Of a stretch of 64,000 bases of DNA, positions 17,144-27,053 are shown piece after piece. Source of the DNA: an uncultured bacterium (GTDB taxonomy: Bacteria > Verrucomicrobiota > Kiritimatiellia > RFP12 > UBA1067); NCBI GenBank assembly GCA_902799385.1, contig CADCAK010000001.1, positions 30,670 through 94,669 of the forward strand, in the 5' to 3' direction. Below the pieces are notes generated by a model. The model did not search any database, was not told the DNA's origin, and saw only the letters and a program-made list of their open reading frames with translations. The position numbers and the translations under genes are program-made. How positions within the stretch are numbered: position 1 is the stretch's first letter; each line of letters starts with the position of its first letter.

Positions 17144-17881
17144 CTACGAGGGCTGGACGAGAGATGCCGCCGCGAGGGACGAGATGCGCTCGGGACGCGG
17201 CGCTTCTGCCGAGAGGTCTACGAACGTAGCGCCGAGGCGGTTGGCGGCGGCTGTCCAGCGGGCGGTGTGCGCCTCGAGCGCGGCGTGGTACTTCGATAGG
17301 GCGTCAGAGTCCATCGTCATTTCGCGCCGTTCCCCAGTCTCGGAATCGACGAGCTCGAACGCGCCGGCGGCGGGAGGGTCTGCCTCTTCGCGCGAGAGGA
17401 CGCGCACGATGGCGAGCGCGGCGGAGTTGTGCGCAAGACGGACGAGGATTGCGTCGGGATCCTCGTCGAAAAGCGTGTCTGTTATGTAGACACGCACGGC
17501 TCGCGGGGTCTTTGGATGTTCCCTGTAGACGACGCGGCAGCCGTCGGCGGCGGTGGAGAGAAGCCCGAAGAGCCAGTCTGCGCAGGCAGACTTGGTGGGC
17601 GGCGTCTCCATTGACGCAGAGCGGTCGCGAAACACCTCTACGACGGGTGCCACTTCCTCCCTACGCACCCGCACGACTTCTCGTCCCGTCCGCGCGAGGA
17701 CCGTCCAGTCGAGGTTGCGGAGATCGTCGCCCGGCGTGTAGTCGCGGTAGTCCTGGAATTCGAGCGACTCGCCTGCGCGGGAACCGAGGCGCGAGCCGAC
17801 GCCGCCCCTCAGCGCGAGGCGCGGCAGGAGGAACCTGAGTCCCCGCCCGTCTTCGCGCCCATTCTGTTCGGCTTCCGTCAT
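17144..17881 (-). CDS. DUF58 domain protein (MoxR-associated)
   Basis: LEFQDYRDYTPGDDLRNLDWTVLARTGREVVR matches the DUF58 signature (F.x.REY..GDD.R.IDWK..AR). ATGA overlap with the upstream ABC permease. The track ORF's N-terminal extension is judged spurious. Confidence 0.75.
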   Translation of the reverse strand: MTEAEQNGREDGRGLRFLLPRLALRGGVGSRLGSRAGESLEFQDYRDYTPGDDLRNLDWTVLARTGREVVRVRREEVAPVVEVFRDRSASMETPPTKSACADWLFGLLSTAADGCRVVYREHPKTPRAVRVYITDTLFDEDPDAILVRLAHNSAALAIVRVLSREEADPPAAGAFELVDSETGERREMTMDSDALSKYHAALEAHTARWTAAANRLGATFVDLSAEAPRPERISSLAAASLVQPS

Positions 17882-19266
17882 TTCGGCCTGCGGTATGTTC
17901 TGAATGCCCTTACGGACGAAATGACGATCACGCAGAGGGAGAACAGGAGCAGCAGTCCGTAGCTCGTGAGGTGCGCCGCCGGCTTTTCCGCTACGCCCGC
18001 GAAGTTGCACGGCAGCATCGCCACGAGGTCTTCCTCGATTGCGTCGATTTCCGCCATGAACGAGAGGATGGAGACGGCGATGATGTAGGCGATGAAGAGG
18101 GCGGTGACGAGTCGGAAGCGCCTGTCGTCGCATTTCCTGCTGCGCAGTATCGCGCCCGCGATCACCGGAACGCCTGTCAGCTCGGCGAGGTCGGCCCAGA
18201 GAATCAGGGAGTGGTCGTTCCCCGTCTCGAGCGCGGAGTACGTTCCGCCTGCGACGGCGATTATGATCGCGGCGAAGAGCATCCCCGGCACGGCGCCTGT
18301 CGCGAACGGGAACGAGAAGAGGCGGCCGAATAAGTTGCGCGGAACATTCGACTTCGCGGCTCTCGGGATTTCGCGGGAGGTAAGCGACGAGGTGAGCATC
18401 AGTATGCCGCCGATCACGACCCATGCTATGCACCACGCCCTATAGCTCCAGATGGCGGCCGGCGCGGAGACGACGAACAGCGCGAATACCACGCGTCTGA
18501 ACGGACGGTCCGCGTCAACGTACCTCGGCGCGAGCTGGGAGGCGCAGAACGCGCGCACGAAAAGGACCAGCGCGGCGAGAATGGCGGCATAGCCCAGGAT
18601 GGATGCGATGTACGACGGCTCCTCGACGGGTGCGGCGCCTCCGAAATGCCTGTGGGAGACAGACACCGCGGTTACAATGCCCGGCACGACGAAGGTCATT
18701 GCGAAGAAGAGCCCGACCGTCATTATAACGCGCAGCGGAACGGCGACCGGCCTGCACGCGATGACGAGCGAAAGCGAGAACATCGCGATGGCGTAGCCGA
18801 ACAGGGCGAGCGGCGTGAGGAACACCTGCTCGAGCGTGATGCCGCGCAGGAGGTAGGCGAAGATGAAGAACGGCATTGCCGTGGCGACGGCGGACGCTAT
18901 CAGTATGGCGGTCGAGACGAGCCGTCCGCCTACTATGTTCGCGGGCGTTAGCGTCGTGGTGAACTCGAGTCCGGGCCCGTTCCTGTTCGTGTCGAGGATC
19001 GCCTTCATCGCCGCGTAGAACGGTATGCCGAGGCATGCGACGATTCCCGTGATCACGGCGACCATCGTGAACGGCCCCTCGCCGATTCCGCTCCCGAACG
19101 CGATGTCCTCGGCGGAGCGCTTGCCCATGGCCGTCGCGACCGCGAGCATGGTGAAGCCGAAGAGTATGGCGGGATAGAGTGCGAAGCTCCAGGTGATTAC
19201 GCGCGAGCGGACGAGCTGGCGAAGTTCGCGGAGCGCGACGGGGTTCAGCGAGAATGGGTTTTTCAT
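17878..19266 (-). CDS. ABC-2 type transporter permease (polytopic membrane protein)
   Basis: ~12 predicted TM segments. Immediately downstream of, and overlapping, the ABC ATPase gene. Start at MKNPFSLNP. Confidence 0.65.
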   Translation of the reverse strand: MKNPFSLNPVALRELRQLVRSRVITWSFALYPAILFGFTMLAVATAMGKRSAEDIAFGSGIGEGPFTMVAVITGIVACLGIPFYAAMKAILDTNRNGPGLEFTTTLTPANIVGGRLVSTAILIASAVATAMPFFIFAYLLRGITLEQVFLTPLALFGYAIAMFSLSLVIACRPVAVPLRVIMTVGLFFAMTFVVPGIVTAVSVSHRHFGGAAPVEEPSYIASILGYAAILAALVLFVRAFCASQLAPRYVDADRPFRRVVFALFVVSAPAAIWSYRAWCIAWVVIGGILMLTSSLTSREIPRAAKSNVPRNLFGRLFSFPFATGAVPGMLFAAIIIAVAGGTYSALETGNDHSLILWADLAELTGVPVIAGAILRSRKCDDRRFRLVTALFIAYIIAVSILSFMAEIDAIEEDLVAMLPCNFAGVAEKPAAHLTSYGLLLLFSLCVIVISSVRAFRTYRRPK

Positions 19267-20177
19267 GCGAGTGCTCCTTTCGTCACGTGCATGAACACGT
19301 CTTCGAGGCGGCCCGCCTCGGATGTAAAGTGGATCGGGACAAGGCCTTTCGCGAAAAGCTCCTTCGCGAGACTCTCCGCCGCGTCGTCGCCTGCGTCTAT
19401 GCGCACGCGGAAACCCGCGCCGGAGAGCTCCGCCTCCTTGACCGACGGCATTTCGAGGAGCTTCGCGAGGATTGCCTCGCCGCCTTCCGAGTTGAACTTT
19501 AGGCGAATCCACGCGGTCTCGTCCTTGAAGTCGGTGGAAAGCCTTCTGCCGCGCTCGATTATGACGGAAGTGGTGCACATCTCCTCGAGTTCGCTCAGGA
19601 TGTGCGACGAGATGAGTATTGCCTTGCCCTGCTCGGCGAGGGCGCGGACAAGCTCCCTCAGCTCGATGCGGGCGCGCGGGTCAAGCCCGTTGGCTGGTTC
19701 GTCCATGACGATAACCTGGGGATCGTGGACGAGCGCGCGCGCGAGCGAGACGCGCTGCTTCATCCCCTTCGAGAGCTCGCGCAGCGTCTTGTCGCGGAAC
19801 GAGACGAGCCCGGTGAAGTCCTCCACTCCGTTGATCGCGTCCGCGAGCTCCTTGCCGCGGAGGCCGTAGGCGCGTCCGAAGAAGTCGAGGTATTCGTCTA
19901 CCGTGGTGTCCGAGCGGTTCGGGAGGTCGTCAGGCATGAAGCCAACCGCGCGGTGCGCGAGCGACGGGTCGTCGAGGATGGATTTCCCGTCGATCAGGAT
20001 GTCGCCTGAATCGGGAACGTCGAGCGTCGCGAGCATGCGCATCGTAGTCGTCTTTCCGGCACCGTTGGGTCCCACGAAGCCGACGACTTCGCCCGACGTG
20101 AACGAGAACGAGAGGTCGTCAACCGCCTTGAATCCGCGCTGGAAGACGCGCGTGAGGTGAAGTAGCTCTACTTTCAT
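19263..20177 (-). CDS. ABC transporter ATP-binding protein
   Basis: Walker A GPNGAGKTT, signature LSKGMKQRVSLARAL, Walker B VIVMDEPANGLD. Confidence 0.9.
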   Translation of the reverse strand: MKVELLHLTRVFQRGFKAVDDLSFSFTSGEVVGFVGPNGAGKTTTMRMLATLDVPDSGDILIDGKSILDDPSLAHRAVGFMPDDLPNRSDTTVDEYLDFFGRAYGLRGKELADAINGVEDFTGLVSFRDKTLRELSKGMKQRVSLARALVHDPQVIVMDEPANGLDPRARIELRELVRALAEQGKAILISSHILSELEEMCTTSVIIERGRRLSTDFKDETAWIRLKFNSEGGEAILAKLLEMPSVKEAELSGAGFRVRIDAGDDAAESLAKELFAKGLVPIHFTSEAGRLEDVFMHVTKGALA

Positions 20178-21958
20178 TTCTCCTCCTTTCCGCCGTCTTC
20201 GGCAATGCGTCCCGCGACAACCGCCTCCGCAGTTTCGTATGTCTCGCGCGATGCGAGCGGGGAGGGGAAGAACGGCGAGCCCGCGAGACGGACGACGTAT
20301 GTCCTGTCGGGCAGAAGCAGCTTGTCCTTCTCGATAAGCTCTGTGATGTCCTTCCAGTTGCGTCCGTACGACGTTCCCTTTTCGAAAAGCGTCTCGTGCG
20401 GAAGCGGCGCATTTGCCGCGGCCTTGTCCGGAAGCGGTTCGCCTTTGACAGTCGCCTGCTCGCCGGGAGCGAGAGCCGGCACTTTGTAGCGGCTGTTGCC
20501 GAACCTGGCGGTTCCTCCCGTGACCGGTACGCCGAGGAGGTTGGCGAAGACGAGATCGCCGTCCTGCGCCGGCCTGACGTCGAGCCTTTCCGACCGGCGC
20601 TCGGCGCGCTCGAAGTCGAAGAACGTTGCGGTAAGCGGCTTTATCCAGTCGCCGGAGAGGCGGCAGCTCTCGCCGAAGGACGCGGTGAACCTTTCGTTTC
20701 CGCGTCCGCGCAGGCGGAAGGAGACGTCGGAAGGAATCGACATCTCCTTGGTCACGTTCCCCGGCGCGAACACGGCGAACTGCCCGCGCGTCACGGCAAG
20801 GCGGCTTTCGGGGTCAAGAATCGTGACGGACTGAATCCGCACTGTCGGCGTCGTGCCGTATGCGATGAGCGCTATGGCCGCCACGACGAGCGTCAGGGCG
20901 AAGGCAGTTCCCGGAAGCGCCGCGAGGATAAGAAGACGCCTGTTGCGCTTTGCGCAAACGAAGACGATTCCCGGCATCGCAATGAACGCGACGAGAAGAA
21001 GCAGGAAGACGAGGAGACCGACTGGCAGCGACTTGCCGACGTTTATCGGAACACATGCGTGGTTCTCTGTAAAATGGGAATCAGGCGTGCCGCTGTAGTA
21101 GTATTTTTGCACGTTTAGGTCGCCGATGCGCCGCTTCTGCGCGGCATCCGCCGTTGCCTGAATGTTGGACGGAACAGACTTGCCGTCTGCGAATGTGATC
21201 ACCGCGCCGCCGAGAATGTCGAACGCCCGAAGCGCCGCGCGTGACTCCTCGGGGAGAGCGTCCGCGACTTCCTTCGTCATGCACACGGCGTCGAAGGGCA
21301 GGTATGCGCGGAAGTCGCGCGGCCAGTCCGCCGCGTCTCGGCGCAGCTCGACGGAGTTGAAGTCGTGTTTGAACGCGGGCAGCACGGCGTCGCGGACTAT
21401 TCCTGCGGAGAGCAGGAGATTCACCTCGTTCTCGACGGTGTGTCCGTATGAGGCATAGTTATAAGCCGAGACTCTGCTTGACAGCTGGAGTGGCTCGCTT
21501 TTTGGTCCGTTGCTGCTTGGGGGCTTCGCCTCAAACAAGGAGATGGAGCTCTCGCCGTAGCCGTAGCCGTCTTCAACTGTGAACACGCCCGGCAGCGTAA
21601 TGGTGGCGGAAGCTCCCGGGCCGAGGGCGACGGTTCTTGTGGACAGCGCGGAGCGCGGGGCTTGGACGCTGACTTGTATAGTGCGCGGGAAGGGGAGGGT
21701 GTTTCGCAGCGCGATGCGACTGAGCGGCGCGTCGTGAGTTATATCCGAGCCGACGACAGTCTCGTCGCGGTATTCGAGCGCGTCTATCATCGAGCAGCTT
21801 TTCCATGAAGCCGGGCTGAGGACTGCGGTGGAGCCGCCGATCTCCTTCTTTTCCGTTTTCGGATCCGGCACTATCGACAGCGCCTTTGCGGGAATTACCG
21901 TAGAAAACGCGGCGAGGGCGGCTGCGAAAAGAAGAACGGATTTTCTGTGTATTGTCAT
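20174..21958 (-). CDS. GldG-like ABC-transporter auxiliary membrane protein (N-terminal signal/TM, large exported domain, C-terminal TM pair)
   Basis: Signal-like N-terminus MTIHRKSVLLFAAALAAFSTVIPAKA. C-terminal hydrophobic helices (LPVGLLVFLLLLVAFIAMPGIV...LILAALPGTAFALTLVVAAIALIAY). Sits between MoxR and the ABC ATPase. Assignment is by architecture and context only. Confidence 0.4.
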   Translation of the reverse strand: MTIHRKSVLLFAAALAAFSTVIPAKALSIVPDPKTEKKEIGGSTAVLSPASWKSCSMIDALEYRDETVVGSDITHDAPLSRIALRNTLPFPRTIQVSVQAPRSALSTRTVALGPGASATITLPGVFTVEDGYGYGESSISLFEAKPPSSNGPKSEPLQLSSRVSAYNYASYGHTVENEVNLLLSAGIVRDAVLPAFKHDFNSVELRRDAADWPRDFRAYLPFDAVCMTKEVADALPEESRAALRAFDILGGAVITFADGKSVPSNIQATADAAQKRRIGDLNVQKYYYSGTPDSHFTENHACVPINVGKSLPVGLLVFLLLLVAFIAMPGIVFVCAKRNRRLLILAALPGTAFALTLVVAAIALIAYGTTPTVRIQSVTILDPESRLAVTRGQFAVFAPGNVTKEMSIPSDVSFRLRGRGNERFTASFGESCRLSGDWIKPLTATFFDFERAERRSERLDVRPAQDGDLVFANLLGVPVTGGTARFGNSRYKVPALAPGEQATVKGEPLPDKAAANAPLPHETLFEKGTSYGRNWKDITELIEKDKLLLPDRTYVVRLAGSPFFPSPLASRETYETAEAVVAGRIAEDGGKEEK

Positions 21959-22001
21959 ATCTTTTATCCCTAAAACATCTCTGTGCCTCTGTGTTAAAAA
22001 A

Positions 22002-22967
22002 TTACTCCGCCACAGGAACTGAATCGAGGATGCGTTGGGCGACATCTTCGGACGTGACGCCGTCCAAGGAGGCGCGATAGTCGAGGACGAGGCGGTGGTT
22101 GAGGACTGGAAGCGCGACGGCGCGGACATCGTCAAACCCGACCGAGGGCCTGCCGTCGAGGAGCGCGAAGGCGCGAGCCGACTCCGCAAGCGCAATCGCC
22201 GCGCGAGGCGAGGCGCCGTACTTTACATGCTCCGCTCCGTGCGTCGCGGCGACGAGGCGTCCGATCCACGCGGCGACCGCCTCGGGCAGCACGACGCGCG
22301 AGGCGGTGTCGAACGCGCGCGCAAGCGCGTCCTTCGAGAGCGAGAAGCCGGGATCGGGCATCTTGCCCTGTGCGCGCGAAGAGATGATAGCCGTCAGCGT
22401 CGCGGCGTCCGGCGAGCCGACGTGGAGGCGGAAGAGGAATCGGTCGGTCTGCGCTTCAGGAAGTGGATATGTTCCTTCGAGCTCTATCGGGTTCTGGCTC
22501 GCGAGGACGAAGAAGGGTTCCGGCAGCGGGCGCGTCACGCCCATAAGCGTGACTGAGCGCTCCTGCATTGTTTCGAGGAGAGCCGACTGAGTCTTGGGCG
22601 AGGCGCGGTTGATTTCGTCCGCAAGGAGCAGGTTGCAGAACACAGGCCCCGGCTTGAACGCCATTTCGCGCGAGCCGTCGGGCCGCGTCTCGAGGATGTG
22701 CGAGCCGACGATGTCGGACGGCATCAGGTCTGGCGTGAACTGGATGCGCTTCGCGTCGAGCTCGAGTATCTTGGCGAGCGCGGTGACGAGCGCCGTCTTG
22801 CCGAGACCGGGAAGTCCCTCAAGGAGAATGTGCCCGCGCGCGAGGATTCCTGCGAGCACGAGCCGGTGCAGCGCGGGGCGTCCGAGCAGCATCGAGTCGA
22901 GAGCGGCGAGCGTGCGGTCGAGGTCCTGCTTTACAGGCGCTATTTCATCTGGGGATAGAAGCGTCAT
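22002..22967 (-). CDS. MoxR-family AAA+ ATPase
   Basis: Walker A LEGLPGLGKT, Walker B LLADEINRASPKTQSALLE, sensor region. ~320 aa, typical MoxR size. Confidence 0.9.
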   Translation of the reverse strand: MTLLSPDEIAPVKQDLDRTLAALDSMLLGRPALHRLVLAGILARGHILLEGLPGLGKTALVTALAKILELDAKRIQFTPDLMPSDIVGSHILETRPDGSREMAFKPGPVFCNLLLADEINRASPKTQSALLETMQERSVTLMGVTRPLPEPFFVLASQNPIELEGTYPLPEAQTDRFLFRLHVGSPDAATLTAIISSRAQGKMPDPGFSLSKDALARAFDTASRVVLPEAVAAWIGRLVAATHGAEHVKYGASPRAAIALAESARAFALLDGRPSVGFDDVRAVALPVLNHRLVLDYRASLDGVTSEDVAQRILDSVPVAE

Positions 22968-24097
22968 GGCTGTTTCCTTTCTGTCTCGAAAAATCTCTTC
23001 ACCGTCCCGCGATGGCGCGGGGCGACCGTGCGGTTCACCGAGGTCCCTGCGGAGCGGCCGCCGATTGCCGCCGCGCCGCGCTTGGAAGCCTCGCCTTTCG
23101 CGGTCGGGTCCTCCTGCGAAATAGACTCGCCGAGCTTTCCCTCCTCGGCGTTCTTGCCCGGCTTCAGCTCCTTCGCGTTGTCGTCGTATTTTGAGTCGCC
23201 GAGCTCGGAGGGGTCGGTCCACGACATCTCCGCGTCGCCGCGACCGCGCTCGGGAGACCCCGCGCCTGGAGTCTCGCATTGCTCTTCGCATTCACCCTCT
23301 TCGCCGGGACGCTCCTCTCCGTTCGGGCAGGAGCCCGCGCACGACTCGTCAAGCATCTTCTGGAACTCCTTCGCCGCTTCTGGGTCGTTGGCGATTCGCG
23401 CGAGCGCGTCGGAGTCCTGCACGACTCTCTTTAGCGCTTCGCTGTTCAGCTCAAGCAGCGCGGCGACTCTCTCGCGCAGGCGTTCTGCGGCGTCGAGGGC
23501 CGCGCCCGGGTCGGAGGGGTCGGCGGCGGCCTCTATGCGCTTCAGTTCCTCGGCGAGTTCCTCTATAGTCTCGGGTTCGAGCGACTCCTCTTCGCGTATG
23601 TCCTCTATCTCGTTTCTTATGTCGGCCGTGATGTCGGGGAAGGTGCGCGGCGCGGAAGGAGCTGCCGCCGCGAACCAGCTTGCCGGTACGGTGAAGGCGA
23701 CGGCGAGCACGAGAAGGGCGAGGACGTATTTGGGGACATGGCGGCGAATCCTGACCGGGACCTTGGCGGCGACAGGGGCGGGGCGCTGCCACGCATCGGC
23801 GCCTGGTAGGCCTTCGACGAGCAGCAGCCCGCCAGCGTGGGTCGCGTCCTCGGTAAGCGCGGCACATGCGCCGCGAGAGGGAGTGCGGCGCAGGGCAAGA
23901 AGCGCACCTGCGAGCGAGCAGAGCGGAACCAGCGCGAGCGAGGCGGGAGTCCATGCCGGGGCGGGATGCACCAGCGCGCGCAGGGCGAGCACGACAGCCG
24001 CCGAAACGAGGCACCCGCAAAGGCCACCTGCACAGGCGCCTTCGACGGCAAGTGCGCGCATAAACGCGCGTCTCGTCGGATCGTTCAACAAAGCCAT
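22964..24097 (-). CDS. hypothetical membrane protein with acidic/Cys-rich C-terminal region
   Basis: Overlaps the MoxR start. Several TM helices in the N-terminal half. No recognisable domain. Start uncertain in this high-GC region. Confidence 0.4.
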   Translation of the reverse strand: MALLNDPTRRAFMRALAVEGACAGGLCGCLVSAAVVLALRALVHPAPAWTPASLALVPLCSLAGALLALRRTPSRGACAALTEDATHAGGLLLVEGLPGADAWQRPAPVAAKVPVRIRRHVPKYVLALLVLAVAFTVPASWFAAAAPSAPRTFPDITADIRNEIEDIREEESLEPETIEELAEELKRIEAAADPSDPGAALDAAERLRERVAALLELNSEALKRVVQDSDALARIANDPEAAKEFQKMLDESCAGSCPNGEERPGEEGECEEQCETPGAGSPERGRGDAEMSWTDPSELGDSKYDDNAKELKPGKNAEEGKLGESISQEDPTAKGEASKRGAAAIGGRSAGTSVNRTVAPRHRGTVKRFFETERKQP

Positions 24098-24297
24098 GCC
24101 GGATATTATACTAAATTTTCGCCGCCGATGCTTTGCCGTAAGTCGACGGAAAAATTAGTTGAAGAAACTAGTTAAAACCAGTTGCATACACTTGTGACGG
24201 AAGAGCTTGCTCTATGACTGATAATATGATATCATTTCATAAAATACGACACGATGGTAGGATTGCTTTCAAGAGATGACGGAAAAGTTTAGTCGAC

Positions 24298-26262
24298 TTG
24301 AAGAAAGGCACGAAAATGAGAACACTATGCGTAACAATCTTCGCGGTGGCTGTGTGCGTTGCGGCGAATGCTGCCGATGTAGCAGACTTGGTTGACATGC
24401 GGATCGGCACAGGACGCGCCACGGGCAGCAACGTCCTCGGGCCGTGTGTGCCGCACAGCTCCGCGCATCCTTCGCCAGACTCGCTCTGGCCTTCACCGCA
24501 CAAGAAGCCGAAGGCCGCGCGGCATGGCTTCGGCCCGCCTACGAGCGGGTGGTGGCCTGGCGACAAGGTAATCGGCTTCTCGCAGCTTCACGCGCAGGGT
24601 ACGGGCGGCGTGCCAAGCTACGGCATTTTTCGCTATGTCTGCGAGCCATCCGACATGGAGATGCTCGAGGCACATCCCTATTGCTTGCGTGTCCGTCTCT
24701 CCAGTGCCGGCGGCGCTCCGCTTGATGTCGCCGTCGCGCCGACCGCGCATGGCGCGATATACGATGTCAGGACTGCGGACGGAAAGCCCGTCCAGCTTCC
24801 GCTGAACCGCCGATGCAAGCTTGCCAAGGACGATTGCGTTAACGAGCGCGGCGAATTCACGGGCAACTGGAACCCCGCGCCGTATCGCTGCTACGCTCAC
24901 GACGAGACGGACGGCGGGCTACACCGCATAGCCGTCTCGTTCAAGAGCGACGAACAGGCAAGGGAGTATTTCGCCTCGGAGCTTGCGGGGAAGTCGTTTG
25001 ACGACATCGCCGCCTCCGCAAGGTCGCTATGGGAAGCTTCGCTTTCTCGCGTCCGCATTGAAGGCGTCGACGACGCGGAGAAAAGGCGTTTCTATTCGCA
25101 TCTCGCGCAGACTTTCATTCAGCCGCGAGACAGGACTGCGGACGGCATAGGATGGGATGATCACTACACGCTTTGGGATACGTGGCGCACGCTCTTTCCG
25201 CTGATGGCGATCGTCGATCCCGATGCGCTCGCCGCGAATGTAAACGCGTTTGCCGGCCGCTTCGAGCGAAACGGACGGTGCGACTCGTGCTACACGCAGG
25301 GAAAGGACTACAAGGTAGGGCAGGGCGGCGACGAGGCGGACTGCGTAATCGCCGACGCATGGGCGAAGAAGGTCTCTGGCATAGACTGGACTCGTGTCGT
25401 GCCACTTCTCGAAAGCCGCTGGAAAGGACGCACGCGGGAGTACCGCGAATGTGGCTTTGCCGTGGATGGCTTGGCAGAAGGGTATTGCCGGCGGTTCAAG
25501 TCCGGCTCGGCGACGATGAACTTCGCCTACCAGGACTGGTGCTGCGCCGAAGTTCTGGAAGGGCTTGGCAGAAGGGAAATGGCGGCGAAGTTCCGGGCGC
25601 GTTCTGGCAGCTGGACGAACGTGTGGGATTCTTCCGCCGTAGATGCGCAAAGCGGTATTCGCGGGTTTGCCCGCGCCCGACGGAAGGACGGATCGTTTTC
25701 TGCGACAAACCCGCGCGAGGGCTTCAACACGGACTTCTACGAAGCCAGCTGTTGGGAGTATTCGCTTTTCGCGCCGCACGACATTTCCGGGCTTGTCGCA
25801 CGATGCGGCGGAAAGGAGGCGTTCTGCGGCAGAGTCTTGTATGCGCTTGAAAACGGTCTCGTAGATTTCGGCAATGAACCTGGGTTTCACATTCCGTGGC
25901 TTTTCTCCTACGCAGGGCGAGGCGATCTCGTTACGAAGTGGGCGCATAAAGTGGAAACCCTTTTCAAGGGTGACGAACTCCCAGGCGACAACGACTCTGG
26001 CGCGATGTGTGCGCTCTTCGTCTTTCTCAAGCTTGGGTTCTTCCCTGTGGCGGGGCAAGACATATACATAATGCACGGCAGTGCGTATCCTAAGATAGAA
26101 ATAGCGTTGCCTGGCGGAAAGACGTTTGCAATAAGGACGAAAGGCAAAGGCGACGTGGTGAAGTACGTGACATTGAACGGCAAGCTGCACGACCCTCTCT
26201 TTCTCCACCACTCAGAAATTGTCTCCGGCGGTGAGTTGGTGTTTGAGTTCGCGGGGGACTAA
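24298..26262 (+). CDS. glycoside hydrolase family 92 (alpha-mannosidase), secreted
   Basis: GH92 hallmark segments GNEPGFHIPWLFSYAG and GDNDSGAMCALFVFLKLGFFP. N-terminal signal peptide. Confidence 0.8.
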   Translation: MKKGTKMRTLCVTIFAVAVCVAANAADVADLVDMRIGTGRATGSNVLGPCVPHSSAHPSPDSLWPSPHKKPKAARHGFGPPTSGWWPGDKVIGFSQLHAQGTGGVPSYGIFRYVCEPSDMEMLEAHPYCLRVRLSSAGGAPLDVAVAPTAHGAIYDVRTADGKPVQLPLNRRCKLAKDDCVNERGEFTGNWNPAPYRCYAHDETDGGLHRIAVSFKSDEQAREYFASELAGKSFDDIAASARSLWEASLSRVRIEGVDDAEKRRFYSHLAQTFIQPRDRTADGIGWDDHYTLWDTWRTLFPLMAIVDPDALAANVNAFAGRFERNGRCDSCYTQGKDYKVGQGGDEADCVIADAWAKKVSGIDWTRVVPLLESRWKGRTREYRECGFAVDGLAEGYCRRFKSGSATMNFAYQDWCCAEVLEGLGRREMAAKFRARSGSWTNVWDSSAVDAQSGIRGFARARRKDGSFSATNPREGFNTDFYEASCWEYSLFAPHDISGLVARCGGKEAFCGRVLYALENGLVDFGNEPGFHIPWLFSYAGRGDLVTKWAHKVETLFKGDELPGDNDSGAMCALFVFLKLGFFPVAGQDIYIMHGSAYPKIEIALPGGKTFAIRTKGKGDVVKYVTLNGKLHDPLFLHHSEIVSGGELVFEFAGD

Positions 26263-26321
26263 GGTGGCATGGCGAAGGCGCGAAAATGATATAATAGTGA
26301 TAAAAAACCAAGGAGCGGAAA

Positions 26322-26894
26322 ATGTTTGAACAGACAGTCGAGGCGCTGAAGAGGCGCGGGTTTGAGGTAGAGGCGGTGGCGACGAAGCAAGAGGCGCTTG
26401 CGCTTGTCATGAAGGAGGCCGAGTCGGCTGCGAGCGTCGGCTGGGGCGGTAGCGAGACGATCAAGGAGATCGGCGCGCGCGCGCGGCTCGTCGAGAGCGG
26501 CAAGGAGATTCGCGACCACCAGCTCGTGTGCGACCTCTTCCTTCTCTCTGCCAACGCCATCACGGCCGACGGCCGCATCGTAAACATCGACGGCATCGGC
26601 AACCGCATCGCGGCGTCGATCCATGGCCCGAAGCGTGTCGTCTATGTCATCGGCAGCAACAAGATGGTTGACGGCGGCCTCGACGAGGCGATTGCGCGCA
26701 TCAGGCGCTGTGCCTGCCCGCCGAACGCGAAGCGGCTCGGCAAGCGCACGCCCTGCGGGCTCGCGGGCGCGTGCGTCGGCGGCGAGGGGTGCGACTCGCC
26801 CGACAGGATGTGCAAGGTGACGGCGGTCTTCGACCGCAGGCCCACTGGCACGCCAACCAAGGTAATTCTCGTAGATGAAGACCTCGGCTACTGA
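26322..26894 (+). CDS. LUD-domain (lactate-utilization LutC-like) protein with C-terminal Cys cluster
   Basis: LUD-like core LFLLSANAITADGRIVNIDGIGNRIAASIHGPKRVVYVIG. Cys-rich tail CACPPNAKRLGKRTPCGLAGACVGGEGC. Confidence 0.5.
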   Translation: MFEQTVEALKRRGFEVEAVATKQEALALVMKEAESAASVGWGGSETIKEIGARARLVESGKEIRDHQLVCDLFLLSANAITADGRIVNIDGIGNRIAASIHGPKRVVYVIGSNKMVDGGLDEAIARIRRCACPPNAKRLGKRTPCGLAGACVGGEGCDSPDRMCKVTAVFDRRPTGTPTKVILVDEDLGY

Positions 26895-26990
26895 GAATTT
26901 TGGTATAACATCCGCTACCAGCGGTGTGAAGGTCCGGCGACCTCTGGGTGGAGGGTCATGTGGCCCTTGAAAATTTTTTAAAATACCCCA

Positions 26991-27020
26991 TTGACAGTCA
27001 TCCCCCAAATGGGGTATAAT
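26991..27020 (+). promoter_or_regulatory. sigma70-type promoter (TTGACA -35, 18-nt spacer, TATAAT -10) with upstream A/T tract
   Basis: ttgacaGTCATCCCCCAAATGGGGtataat. Drives the secreted-protein gene starting at 27054. Confidence 0.55.
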
Positions 27021-27053
27021 ACGCGGCGAAAACCTCTCAAAGGGAGAATCAGA

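Noticed and set aside
17144-18436. Full 430-aa track ORF for the DUF58 gene
   Set aside because: The N-terminal 185 aa are Arg-rich with no features and overlap the upstream ABC permease. The ATG at 17881 with ATGA coupling gives a DUF58-sized product.
22035-24175. Multiple plus-strand ORFs (173-376 aa) over the MoxR and upstream membrane-protein genes
   Set aside because: Ser/Arg/Ala-rich low-complexity products antisense to MoxR (clear Walker motifs). They are not credible.
25027-26211. 394-aa minus-strand ORF inside the GH92 gene
   Set aside because: Antisense to a gene with GH92 hallmark motifs. Arg-rich composition.
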